Source: a virus. Taken from it: DNA of 64,000 bases. The DNA is taken from positions 3,714 through 67,713 of the IMG/VR virus record IMGVR_UViG_3300031787_000093; one strand, 5' to 3'. The translations under genes and the position numbers were made by a program. The notes below the pieces were generated by a model. That model was not told the origin of the DNA. It was given only the letters and a program-made list of their open reading frames with translations, and ran no database searches. Positions 37,301 through 45,943 of the stretch are shown here, piece by piece (within the stretch, counting starts at the first letter, position 1; each line of letters begins with the position of its first letter).

Positions 37301-39116
37301 TATAACTTAAAACATTCTGAGGATCTTGAAACTCTCCAAATTCGTAGTTTGGAAATGTCTTGTTGCAATCGTTTTTACCAAAACGGTTACTCCTACCAAC
37401 AGATGCGATTGTTCGTTGTTCAAGCGTGTGTGTAATTGACTGAGCCCAAAGTGTAAGGTCCTCGTCTACTAGCTCGTCAATGTTTGCCAAAAACAAACGA
37501 TTTGAATTTATACGTAAACTCTTGACTCTAGTTACCTTGGCAGTCAAAGCCAACAATTCGGGTATTGACAATGGAAAGTTATCTTGTCCATTATTGGTAT
37601 GAGAGACATCGAGAGAAGTTTCATTTCCCAAGCGATACCGTTGTACCATTTGAGCAGTAAATGTTTCTCCCTCGTACTCAAGAGCAACTAACTCAAAGTA
37701 TGCAAATTCACCGGGAGGAATATTATTAATTCTCAGGTTGATTGCTTTATTTGTAAGTGTACCCGGCTCATCGCCTTTGATCTGAGATGGTATAATCGTT
37801 GGTGCTTTATAAACGTTAAGCGGCCCTGTTGGGTACAAGTAATCTGTTCCAACAAAATCATCAGTTACAAAACGACCAGTGTAGCGTTTGTTGCCACACT
37901 TAAGAGAACCACCACCTTCTACAGTAGAAATATATTGTATAGTAGCTGAAGGGGTATCAACAAACAGCGTGGTTTCTTTATCAACTTTTGAAATGTCAAT
38001 TGTTCCACCGTTTGATGTCAGAACCCCATCTTGAATATAAGGGTATGGAACACTCAGTGCTCTTGGTTTATTTACACCATCAGTCCAATAGATATTTACA
38101 TCTTGTGTACGTTTTTCTACTTGGGCTTGAATCTGATAATCAACATTAAAGTTAAGTTGCTTGGATCTAAGTAATCTGGTGTACGTGTAAGAATCAGTAG
38201 CGTTGTTGTACTGAACAACACCAATTTCACACAAACTTCTATATGGTGTATTAAAAGTAGAAGCCAAAAAATTACCAGTAGTAGAAAATACAATAGTATC
38301 ATTACCAACACTCTCCATGCCAATTATTTTAAACTTAGCAGGAGAAGTAATAAAGTTTACATACTCAGAAGTTTGAACTAAATAATCAACTACATTACCG
38401 CTTTCTTGTATTTCAAAGTCACCAAATGTAGGATGAGTAACATCAAAATAAGCCGTTGAAGCACTAGTGTAAGTAACTGCAGAATAAGCAAACGTAGCAC
38501 TAAGCGTTGTTAACATTGTCTGAACCTGAGACACCAGTGAAGTAAGCGGAGCCAAGTATATTGTTTGAGTTCCAGAACCAACGCTTGTAAGATTCACTAA
38601 ACTAGTCAGTGCAGCATTTGTGTGAAGCTCAATCAAAACAGATGTAACAACTTTCACGAAGTAAGCTTGACCGTTGACAAGCGGTGCAGCTGGAGTTCCG
38701 AATGGATTGTAATAAGTTACTATATTACCATTAGAAAGACCGTGAGGAGAAGCAAAAACTAAACGATCATTTACAATGTCAACACTACCTATAATCAAGC
38801 TGGTCGCAGCAAAACTTCCAGCAAATGACTGAGTACCAACAATAGCACCAGTGCCGTTAATCACAGTGATACTTCCATCAAAACTTGGGTTAGTGGCATC
38901 GAGAAACAACCTCCAAGTTGCTACAGATGTAGTTGGGTCAGGTATGGTTACTTTTAATGAGTTGCCTGATACAGGAGTAACACCGGTCATATTAAAACCA
39001 GTATCGTCTCTGTGTCTAATATTTTGGGCATCTATATAATTACCACCAGATACTAACTGCAAGTCAGTATCCTTGTCCATAAAACCGTTTTGAAGTAATC
39101 TTACAATCTGCGACAT
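34398..39116 (-). CDS. tail muzzle/stabilisation protein (crAss-type, P22 gp10-like)
   Basis: N-terminal GFMDKDTD...NYIDAQNIR; TGYMMNDTYRFGI, YGGDVF and RLWGRYLKV motifs; 1572 aa. Confidence 0.8.
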   Translation of the reverse strand: MSQIVRLLQNGFMDKDTDLQLVSGGNYIDAQNIRHRDDTGFNMTGVTPVSGNSLKVTIPDPTTSVATWRLFLDATNPSFDGSITVINGTGAIVGTQSFAGSFAATSLIIGSVDIVNDRLVFASPHGLSNGNIVTYYNPFGTPAAPLVNGQAYFVKVVTSVLIELHTNAALTSLVNLTSVGSGTQTIYLAPLTSLVSQVQTMLTTLSATFAYSAVTYTSASTAYFDVTHPTFGDFEIQESGNVVDYLVQTSEYVNFITSPAKFKIIGMESVGNDTIVFSTTGNFLASTFNTPYRSLCEIGVVQYNNATDSYTYTRLLRSKQLNFNVDYQIQAQVEKRTQDVNIYWTDGVNKPRALSVPYPYIQDGVLTSNGGTIDISKVDKETTLFVDTPSATIQYISTVEGGGSLKCGNKRYTGRFVTDDFVGTDYLYPTGPLNVYKAPTIIPSQIKGDEPGTLTNKAINLRINNIPPGEFAYFELVALEYEGETFTAQMVQRYRLGNETSLDVSHTNNGQDNFPLSIPELLALTAKVTRVKSLRINSNRLFLANIDELVDEDLTLWAQSITHTLEQRTIASVGRSNRFGKNDCNKTFPNYEFGEFQDPQNVLSYTGYMMNDTYRFGIQVQWKETGKWSSPYWIDDIRFDTTATNCTTPNRRSANNITTTNFTNLDSTLTYIVYPSFGNIDLNYQINGQPLYRLIKGYRIVRADRIPEVLATGILIGGVEDHNSIGARHLIPYHKDVVRTPAFTFSTYPANYCRRDHSTNFRVNPYQNDIQLGATDAASYGYFHSPDFYFNQGEYTFAAGDKLMVLSVPVPYDEYTLQGFSTGDYESVYQEYTGYFDNTLRAYTAVNITDARNFRTGENRAWDVFDKVKNGISVPPEGRSYANVNPFYSNQKACTVFKLATNIRSAFPGETGLFATGSGTYDKEGLVYCQIFRDRGNTAKYPSDKKQTVYETTNHIVILTGNERGVQNNIAVYGGDVFTQKSHLKTRMSTYNELHYGFGLGYSFYSQNRSNTQMFYTLEHNLEHAGPGYIYPQYMETTVTGLAESGYKRAGNAYIRDWSPTFSGVTTLGSIVVTYVQLEQGTWGTGLLYWLEQWPEVDNQNNYDSQYNIIDNVFTENGYDPDSTWDGKRPASIRWSQVKSTGSEKDNYRVFKPIDVVDLDMNQGEIVELESVNGNLYSLQPNSFTRHYVGDSQMLMTDQGTEIVLGSGGVLTNKGQQLSSFGATNKTAVTKGKTFSGDENLYWYNSETKKIVRFGGDGTRVLSDKGLMSFLINNTAWHTDALRVISGQGVTAGYNQRFYEAMFTFKAVDPTIQEFQKFTDTTYSTYVQYPQNTLVVVSHQGDVTNFNYYLEDDTADRHISGVPFIYRKKNTATDTANTVPYFGPSWSNNWDKLTPDTHPQYYKIFTLVYDEVKNGFICFHSMWPNIMATRGNTVYTTKPNEQNKIYVHNTGNYNTFYDTQYNGHIEGVVNIDPNLSKTFEAVQVVSDTTPDRLDFATRDHISFLTSAEFEELEDFYYAPVKNDSTGTGVNSGDTSRLWGRYLKVKMRFAPNLFQKLINYVVKYRANPRLYNR

Positions 39117-39118
39117 AA

Positions 39119-39610
39119 TTACATGTTAGCTCCTCGCTGAAGTTGGTATTCACGCTTGTAATTATCCATTACAGGTGCGTAACGCTCGAAATGTCTACGA
39201 GAGTACTTCCAGCCAATATAAGCAACTAGCATTCTCTCCCACTCATCTTTTAAATATACGTTACCAGCCTGATCAACTGGGAATCCTTTATACTCAATTA
39301 CAAACTTAGAACCATTTGGAATTTCTAAAGCTGAGTTAAAAATAACATGCTCGTTTTGAATTTCGTAATCGTAATGCTCACAATATTGTGCACCTTCACA
39401 AGTACGAACTACATTTATCTTTACCCACCCTTCAGGTAATGGAAGTCTCGAGTCTATAACTTCATCAGTTACTGAGTAATAACGTAGGTTACTACCGGAA
39501 CGGAATGTCTTAAGTACTTGGTTTATAAGTACCTTGAACCACAAAGCGTTTTCAGAATAACTAACTTGTAATTCTTCACAAGCAGCAGCTATAACGTCTT
39601 CGATTTTCAT
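39119..39610 (-). CDS. tail ring protein (crAss-like)
   Basis: IEYKGFPVD motif; sits directly before the muzzle gene. Confidence 0.6.
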   Translation of the reverse strand: MKIEDVIAAACEELQVSYSENALWFKVLINQVLKTFRSGSNLRYYSVTDEVIDSRLPLPEGWVKINVVRTCEGAQYCEHYDYEIQNEHVIFNSALEIPNGSKFVIEYKGFPVDQAGNVYLKDEWERMLVAYIGWKYSRRHFERYAPVMDNYKREYQLQRGANM

Positions 39611-39614
39611 TCAA

Positions 39615-40271
39615 TTAATTTGGTTTGTTTGGAACAGTATCCAAAGAATCTGAAATTACATCCGCTGTACGAACCATTTGTCTCATCAATTCGTTAGTTA
39701 CAGCATTTACAATATCGTTTTCTAACGCAGCGTCAATAGGATATTGGTCTACATCTTTACGATAGTTAGGTACTTCAGTTGGATCATTAAAAAAAGCTTT
39801 AATTAAAAGCTTCGTTTGCTTTGGGTTTTTATATAATAAAATATAAAACTTACCATCATAATCGGCTTGATAATCCCACACTATTCCTTTTTCTTTCTGG
39901 AAAAGAGAGTGCATAGATAAAGCTGTATAGTTTGAACGAATACGAATAAACGGTTTCTGTTGATTAATGTGTCCAACATATACAAAACCGTCATGTCTAT
40001 CATCAAGCCTAATAACAGTAGGGCAAGGGAATCTAACAACGTCACAGTCTGGGTCTACTAAACTTTCTAAAATTTCTACACTGTATGCTTGTACACAGGC
40101 TTCGTTGATTCTGTCAAACATCGGCTGTCTACTACTTGCAGACAAAATTGATGCTCTGGCAGTGTGAATTTTTGATTCAATGTACAGTGAATCAAAACGC
40201 ATTTCATCTGTGGTATTACCTCCGTTTACGTTGGAAGTAATACGATGTACAATTTCATTAAGTGTACTCAT
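39615..40271 (-). CDS. tail ring protein (crAss-like)
   Basis: TLNEIV N-terminus, FNDPTEV, QYPID; position. Confidence 0.65.
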   Translation of the reverse strand: MSTLNEIVHRITSNVNGGNTTDEMRFDSLYIESKIHTARASILSASSRQPMFDRINEACVQAYSVEILESLVDPDCDVVRFPCPTVIRLDDRHDGFVYVGHINQQKPFIRIRSNYTALSMHSLFQKEKGIVWDYQADYDGKFYILLYKNPKQTKLLIKAFFNDPTEVPNYRKDVDQYPIDAALENDIVNAVTNELMRQMVRTADVISDSLDTVPNKPN

Positions 40272-40274
40272 ACA

Positions 40275-41099
40275 TTAAGGGTTTAACGCAATATCCTGAG
40301 CAGCATTCTGGCGTTGTTCCATATCTCGAACTTGTCCAGCGTAAGTCATGACGCACTCGTCAGCTAAACGATACAGAAACTTTTCAGTGTATGCTGTGAT
40401 CTGCGTAGATCCAGTAGATACAAAAATGTGTCCGTTTGTTGTTGTTGGTTGAGCAAAGTAATCAATTACGATTGCATCAGGTTGTGGAAACAAATACAAT
40501 GCTTTGTTATTGTTTGCTCCTACGATGCGGTTTTGCAATTGATACTTTGGGTGAAATACAGTGGGGGCATGATAAACATCACGCTTTCTATCTGAAAAAT
40601 ATGGGGTTGCTTCAAATGTTCTAACCAAATACACTGCTGCACTTGGGTCAATAGTTGAAGCACTGCTAACAGTAAAATTCAATTTGGTAGTAGCCGTAAC
40701 TGTTCCAGTAACAGATAATACTTTAATCTGATCCCCAACTCTCACAGTGTGACCACTGGATGAAAAGACGGTTGTGTACGGACCCGAGCCAGTAGTCACA
40801 CGTGCAAGAGCACCTAGAAGGGTATTATAAGTACAGGCTACACGAAACAAATGCATGTATGTCCTGTCTAAGCCACTCAGATCGAAATACGGATTCGATA
40901 CTGATTTAACTTCATCTTTAATTAAAAGGCTCCAGAGTTCATCGTATTCTTTTTGTGAATCCAAATCCCTGTAAACCCTTTCACACAATCGATAAATGGT
41001 ATCTTCAATAATACGATCAGCTTTAGTGGTATCAATGTACGCACTGTAAGCCTTATCGATTTTTTGCTGAAGAAGTGTATAGAATTGTGCTCCGGTCAT
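40275..41099 (-). CDS. tail ring/tubular (portal-adaptor) protein
   Basis: MTGAQF...IDK N-terminus and IDYFAQP; position. Confidence 0.6.
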   Translation of the reverse strand: MTGAQFYTLLQQKIDKAYSAYIDTTKADRIIEDTIYRLCERVYRDLDSQKEYDELWSLLIKDEVKSVSNPYFDLSGLDRTYMHLFRVACTYNTLLGALARVTTGSGPYTTVFSSSGHTVRVGDQIKVLSVTGTVTATTKLNFTVSSASTIDPSAAVYLVRTFEATPYFSDRKRDVYHAPTVFHPKYQLQNRIVGANNNKALYLFPQPDAIVIDYFAQPTTTNGHIFVSTGSTQITAYTEKFLYRLADECVMTYAGQVRDMEQRQNAAQDIALNP

Positions 41100-41127
41100 T
41101 TAACACAAATATACAAAAGATTTATTT

Positions 41128-41727
41128 TTAATCGAATATATCTTTTTGCTTCTTAAGACTATCTACTTTTTCTTTGAAGTATTCTATCATTTCAACCATT
41201 TCTTCAGGTAAAAATTTATGGACTATCTTAGATTTTTGAACTATTAAATCTGCAATCCCCTGCCCATATTTTTTATCGATTCGTTTACCAAACTCGTATT
41301 GCATGCCACTCATGCCAACGTTACACGCATAACACTGGGGAGCACAATTCAATGGATCAAATCTGGTTGACATGAAACGCCTAGATTGAAAGTGACCATT
41401 CTGAATAGCTTTGTAATGATGAACTCCATCGCAGGTAAAACACTTCACCATGCCTTGTTTGTTCGCACCTTCTAATCTAATAAACAATGAGAATATAGCG
41501 TCTAGTTTTTTAGTCAGTTGCGAAATACTCATGCGTTTTTTCTCACGCTTGACAGCTCTGCGTTCTTTTGCTTTTGCTTCAGTTGCTTTCTTAACACAAG
41601 TGGAACAAAGCTTCTTAGCTTTATTTGCATGTGGTCGTTTTCTATTGCAGCCGGAGCAAATAGTTTCCTTTACAGGTTTCTCTGAAACCCCCTTCACTGG
41701 AATTTTCTTTTCTTTTTTCTGGATCAT
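41128..41727 (-). CDS. ninG: NinG/Rap-like HNH-type nuclease
   Basis: LDAIFSLFIR...CFTC...GHFQSRRFMSTRFDPLNCAPQCYACN, plus an extra N-terminal CSGC...CSTC. Confidence 0.85.
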   Translation of the reverse strand: MIQKKEKKIPVKGVSEKPVKETICSGCNRKRPHANKAKKLCSTCVKKATEAKAKERRAVKREKKRMSISQLTKKLDAIFSLFIRLEGANKQGMVKCFTCDGVHHYKAIQNGHFQSRRFMSTRFDPLNCAPQCYACNVGMSGMQYEFGKRIDKKYGQGIADLIVQKSKIVHKFLPEEMVEMIEYFKEKVDSLKKQKDIFD

Positions 41728-41743
41728 AAATTTACTTTAAACT

Positions 41744-41764
41744 AAAAACCCCTCTGATGAGGGG
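41744..41764 (-). terminator. intrinsic terminator
   Basis: CCCCTC-N4-GAGGGG hairpin with a U5 tract on the minus strand. Confidence 0.65.
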
Positions 41765-41796
41765 CTCTTAGCTCTAATCATGAAAACCAATTAATA

Positions 41797-42660
41797 TTAC
41801 ACAGTCAGTGAGTCTACAATGGCTGTCTTTTTCTCTCTAGATTTCTTAACCTCCTTGATTTTTTCTGCAACGACTTCAGTTACATCGTTTTTAGTCATGT
41901 CATCAAGTTTTTCGCTTGGCTCAGAAATATACTTATCTACTTCAACTTTAATAAAGCCGTAGAAGAAATCTTTATCGCTCTGGCACATGTCGATTACATC
42001 ACGCTCGTTAGTTCCGAGAGTTCTGCCTCCGACACGGTAGTATCCATTTTCAAGTTTGATAACTCCAAGTGTGATTGCTTTTTGAGCATACACTTTTACT
42101 TTGCGATCGGTATCAGCAGACTCATAAAAATGTTCAAATACGTTTTTACGAGTTATAGCATCACCGGTCAAATTGGGGCCAATCAAACGACTGATCAATT
42201 CTTTGTGAGTCAAACCTCTTGCATCGATTCCCAATGCAAAAGCTAGATCACTCTTTTCTGCGAACGACAAATCTAAACACTTAATTGCAATGTCCAAGTT
42301 TTCAATCATGCTGCCAACCTCGTTGTCAACAATCTTGTGCTGAAGGACACAATTAAATAACGCATTAATGAAGTTAGGGTTTTCGTGGCCCTCAACTTTA
42401 ACTAATGGGTGATTCATGTAAAAATCAACTACTGCCAATTCATAAGCATTTGTATCATCATACTCTAAAGTGTAAGTGGACGCATCGTTAAGCAATACAT
42501 CAAATTGCTTAAACGAACCATCTTGCTCGAAGTCTGAGATAACACGCTTACCGTTTTCTACACAGTAAAGATGTTTACGAGAAACTTTGTCATAATAACT
42601 CCCTTGAAGAGTATAGGTTCCCTTAGGAGTTCGTGCCGATAAAAGTAGTTTGCGGATCAT
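41797..42660 (-). CDS. conserved capsid-module protein (crAss-like)
   Basis: Two genes downstream of MCP; NHPLV and KAITLGVI...RTLG motifs. Confidence 0.55.
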   Translation of the reverse strand: MIRKLLLSARTPKGTYTLQGSYYDKVSRKHLYCVENGKRVISDFEQDGSFKQFDVLLNDASTYTLEYDDTNAYELAVVDFYMNHPLVKVEGHENPNFINALFNCVLQHKIVDNEVGSMIENLDIAIKCLDLSFAEKSDLAFALGIDARGLTHKELISRLIGPNLTGDAITRKNVFEHFYESADTDRKVKVYAQKAITLGVIKLENGYYRVGGRTLGTNERDVIDMCQSDKDFFYGFIKVEVDKYISEPSEKLDDMTKNDVTEVVAEKIKEVKKSREKKTAIVDSLTV

Positions 42661-42698
42661 AAATATTTTAACGAAGATAGTTATTTTCTATTAAAAAC

Positions 42699-42727
42699 AA
42701 AAAAGGGGGAGCTGACTCCCCCTTTTT
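42699..42727 (-). terminator. intrinsic (bidirectional) terminator after the capsid genes
   Basis: A6-GGGGGAG-CTGA-CTCCCCC-T5. Confidence 0.85.
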
Positions 42728-42739
42728 AAATACTCTAGA

Positions 42740-43483
42740 TTACAAGTTGTAAGCAGGAGTAGAGAACGGAGCATCACGGAAGGTAGTACCTAACGCAGTG
42801 ATCAACGTTGTTTGAGTAGTTCTAATCCAAATAGTCTGCTCAAGGAATTCTTGACCGGGGTTAACGTGTCCAGAAACATTACCTTGTTTAACCTTGAATA
42901 CAAACTTAGTGTAAGTAGCACCAGCTATTGCACTTGACAAACCACGTAGTTGCAATTCAGCAGCCAAACCGTAAGGCTTAGCAAACGCTGTACCTGCTCC
43001 AAAACTTACAGCACCAGCACCAGAGTTGATGATGTTAATGTTCTGAGGAACAGTTGTGTTTGAAGTAACGGTTACTACCGCAGCAGCAGCTGAAGCAGTT
43101 ACACCAAAGTAAGCACCAATGGCGTTGATTACGTTAGCCAAACCAGTTGCAACGTCAGAAGCAACCGCAGTAGCAGCTGTAAACTGAGCATCAAATGATA
43201 CTAGAACAGGACCGAAGAAACCCCAGTCAGACTCTTTGAACACTTGAATGGTCAATTTATAAATTGTACCAATTACAGGAGTACCTGTAACAGTAACTGG
43301 GATAGAACGTTGAGTACCGGCAGCACCGGGAACAACTTCCATACCAAAGATACCAGCTACATCCATAGGAATAATCCTAGTCGCATCTAAGTTGTTGATG
43401 TCTACACCAACACGTACAAAGTGCAGTCTACCGTTATCCACGGCAAGAGTAGCTGCATCATTAATTAAAGCTTGAACTTGCAT
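42740..43483 (-). CDS. auxiliary capsid protein (putative)
   Basis: Ala/Val/Thr-rich, immediately after MCP and followed by a strong terminator, as in crAss-like phages. Confidence 0.6.
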   Translation of the reverse strand: MQVQALINDAATLAVDNGRLHFVRVGVDINNLDATRIIPMDVAGIFGMEVVPGAAGTQRSIPVTVTGTPVIGTIYKLTIQVFKESDWGFFGPVLVSFDAQFTAATAVASDVATGLANVINAIGAYFGVTASAAAAVVTVTSNTTVPQNINIINSGAGAVSFGAGTAFAKPYGLAAELQLRGLSSAIAGATYTKFVFKVKQGNVSGHVNPGQEFLEQTIWIRTTQTTLITALGTTFRDAPFSTPAYNL

Positions 43484-43495
43484 TTTCGTAAAAAA

Positions 43496-44857
43496 TTAAG
43501 CGATTAATTCAATCAGTCCGCAACGCTCAGCAGCAACATACAGACCGCAATCAGAAAGAATGTGGAAGTCCACACCATCAACATCGCTTGAAGACAAAGA
43601 ACCACTCAAACCATTAGCAAGAGCTTGCTTGATGGTAGAAGGATTAGAATCTTGCAAACCGATCATACCGGGTACGTAAGCAGCCAACATCTCATCATTG
43701 TTGAAGTGATACTTCTGCAAAGGAGAAATTGAACCGCTACCATCAGCAGCAGGGATTGGAGTTAAATCCAACACATACATGCTGTGAGACATACGAGGCT
43801 TACCAGTAACACCAGACAAATCGCCTTTGAATGCATCGTCATCCAACAATGCCCAACGAACGAAGTCAATCTTGATACCAGCATAGCTGTAAGTCATTAC
43901 GTTCAAACCTTCAACTGAAACCCCACCCAAAGTATTTTGGTTACCAGCATACTGGATATAAGGAGACAACAAGGTTTGCAAACGAGCCATCATAGCAGTA
44001 CCCATCATCGCAACTAAGTTACGACCGTTCTCGGCACTCTTACGAACCAAAGTTTCCAAGAAATCATTCAATTGAGTCTGAGTGATTTCAGTGGTCAAAG
44101 GCAAGTAAACTCCACCGTTGTTGATGATAGACCAACGAAGACCGGCAGTGGTGAAAGATTCACCTTGAGGACCGTTTACAACAGCACGCTCAGAGAACGC
44201 ATATTTGAACTCCAAGCTCTTAGAGAACTTACGAAGAGTCAAATCGTCATATGAACGATACCAGAAATCACCTTGCCACTTCACGAAAGAAGCAGAACGA
44301 TCACGACGTGCTTGGCTAGAGCTTTCACGAGTGATAGCAGTGTAGGTGAAATCAGTCTGAGGAACAAAGTTCAACGGAGATTTACCATTGCTATAACGGT
44401 TTGCACTAGAGTCAAACAACGACTTACAGATGCTACCTGCTAAGAAGTGATTAGCGATAACCAAAGTGGTATTCACACGCTTTACGATAATCTGGTTACT
44501 ACCAGAAGAAGGCTTGTCAATTACGATAGCCTGAACCATATTAGCGTCAGCAACGATGTCTCCAACACGGAAGTTAGAAGCATCATCTAAATTTACCAAC
44601 AAAGCTTCACCTACAGCATACCCAGTTGGGGTAGTAGAAGCAGCAGAAATACGAGAATAAACAGAAAGATTTCCAAGTGCACTGATTTCTACTTTCGGCT
44701 GAGGAGTCGAAATAGAAGAAGACAATTTAGAAGTCAACTGAGTCAAAACATTGTACCCATAATCTTGGGCGTAAACCATTGCCATTTTATTGGGCAAGCT
44801 CAACCCCCTAAGGAGGAGCGACTGGTTCAAATCGAGGTTAGTAACTGGACTTGCCAT
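43496..44857 (-). CDS. major capsid protein
   Basis: 453 aa; order portal-scaffold-MCP; FTTAGLRWSI and AAYVPGM resemble crAss-like MCP motifs. Confidence 0.8.
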   Translation of the reverse strand: MASPVTNLDLNQSLLLRGLSLPNKMAMVYAQDYGYNVLTQLTSKLSSSISTPQPKVEISALGNLSVYSRISAASTTPTGYAVGEALLVNLDDASNFRVGDIVADANMVQAIVIDKPSSGSNQIIVKRVNTTLVIANHFLAGSICKSLFDSSANRYSNGKSPLNFVPQTDFTYTAITRESSSQARRDRSASFVKWQGDFWYRSYDDLTLRKFSKSLEFKYAFSERAVVNGPQGESFTTAGLRWSIINNGGVYLPLTTEITQTQLNDFLETLVRKSAENGRNLVAMMGTAMMARLQTLLSPYIQYAGNQNTLGGVSVEGLNVMTYSYAGIKIDFVRWALLDDDAFKGDLSGVTGKPRMSHSMYVLDLTPIPAADGSGSISPLQKYHFNNDEMLAAYVPGMIGLQDSNPSTIKQALANGLSGSLSSSDVDGVDFHILSDCGLYVAAERCGLIELIA

Positions 44858-44870
44858 TTTATTTTTTTAT

Positions 44871-45887
44871 TTATCTTTTTTTGGCGTTTAGGTAAGCGTT
44901 GAACGCATCGTCAGCTCCGGTTGTTTTCATTCCGGCATTAGCATTAGTTGGTCCACCACCACTAGACGGATTTGTTGTCGCCATCAACATTTCTTTCCGA
45001 CCAGCATTCTTGGCTGCAGTTACGTTAGCACGGACGATATCCTTTCCATACAAACGCCACAATGCAAAGTCAGCCATCAACTCTGCATCTATTGATCCAT
45101 CAGGTCGATTTAAAGAGATTTCTTTCTTCAAGAAATTTGAGATTTTGGTCGACATTTCGTCCGTCACCTTAAATCCGTACATTTCTTTTCCTGAAATTTC
45201 TTTTGCGATCTGATCGATCTCGCTCTCGAAACGTTGTACAGTCTGTTGAATTTTGTCATTCTTAGTATTAGATACCTGAGTAAGTTGTTTCAACTTCGAC
45301 TCGGACTGTTGTAAGAATGTGTTTCTGTATTCCTGTACTAGTTTCTTACGCTGGAATAATGACATCTGGTTGAACTCTTCAACAGCAGATGCGTAGTCAT
45401 CCCCATCAAATCCTTCCAATTGTTTAAGACCCATTTCAATAATGGTTACGTCATCCATGGAAGCATAATCGGGAACATTCATTTCACTGATAAAATCTTT
45501 CAATGTCTTTCCAGACTTCTTGAATTCTTTTAACAGTTTAATATCTTCATCCTCATCTACAACAGGAGCCGGATCTTTAGGTGGATCATTTGGCTTTGGT
45601 GTAGGAGGATCAACATTTTCAGTTTTTTCGTACCAAGGAACATCATCAGGGTCAACCGGGGGATCTGCTGCTGGATCAGCAGGTGGCTGATTTTGAGCGG
45701 ACTGTGTTACCGCATCAGTAATTTGATCGTTTACAGCTGTAGGAAAAGCTCCGACAGGAGGTTGGGGATCAGCTGGCGACTGAGGATCGGCAGGTGGTTG
45801 AGGATCAGCTGTACCAGTTGCAGCAGGATTTTGTTGCTGCTGTTGCTGTTGTTGCTGCTTGATTTGTTGTTCGATAGTATCGTACAT
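44871..45887 (-). CDS. scaffold-like protein upstream of MCP
   Basis: Poly-Q and P/D-rich disordered N-terminus, helical C-terminus; position. Confidence 0.6.
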   Translation of the reverse strand: MYDTIEQQIKQQQQQQQQQNPAATGTADPQPPADPQSPADPQPPVGAFPTAVNDQITDAVTQSAQNQPPADPAADPPVDPDDVPWYEKTENVDPPTPKPNDPPKDPAPVVDEDEDIKLLKEFKKSGKTLKDFISEMNVPDYASMDDVTIIEMGLKQLEGFDGDDYASAVEEFNQMSLFQRKKLVQEYRNTFLQQSESKLKQLTQVSNTKNDKIQQTVQRFESEIDQIAKEISGKEMYGFKVTDEMSTKISNFLKKEISLNRPDGSIDAELMADFALWRLYGKDIVRANVTAAKNAGRKEMLMATTNPSSGGGPTNANAGMKTTGADDAFNAYLNAKKR

Positions 45888-45943
45888 ATGTTACAAAATT
45901 ATATAAAATTTTTAATTTCCAAGTGTGTTCACAAAAATATACA

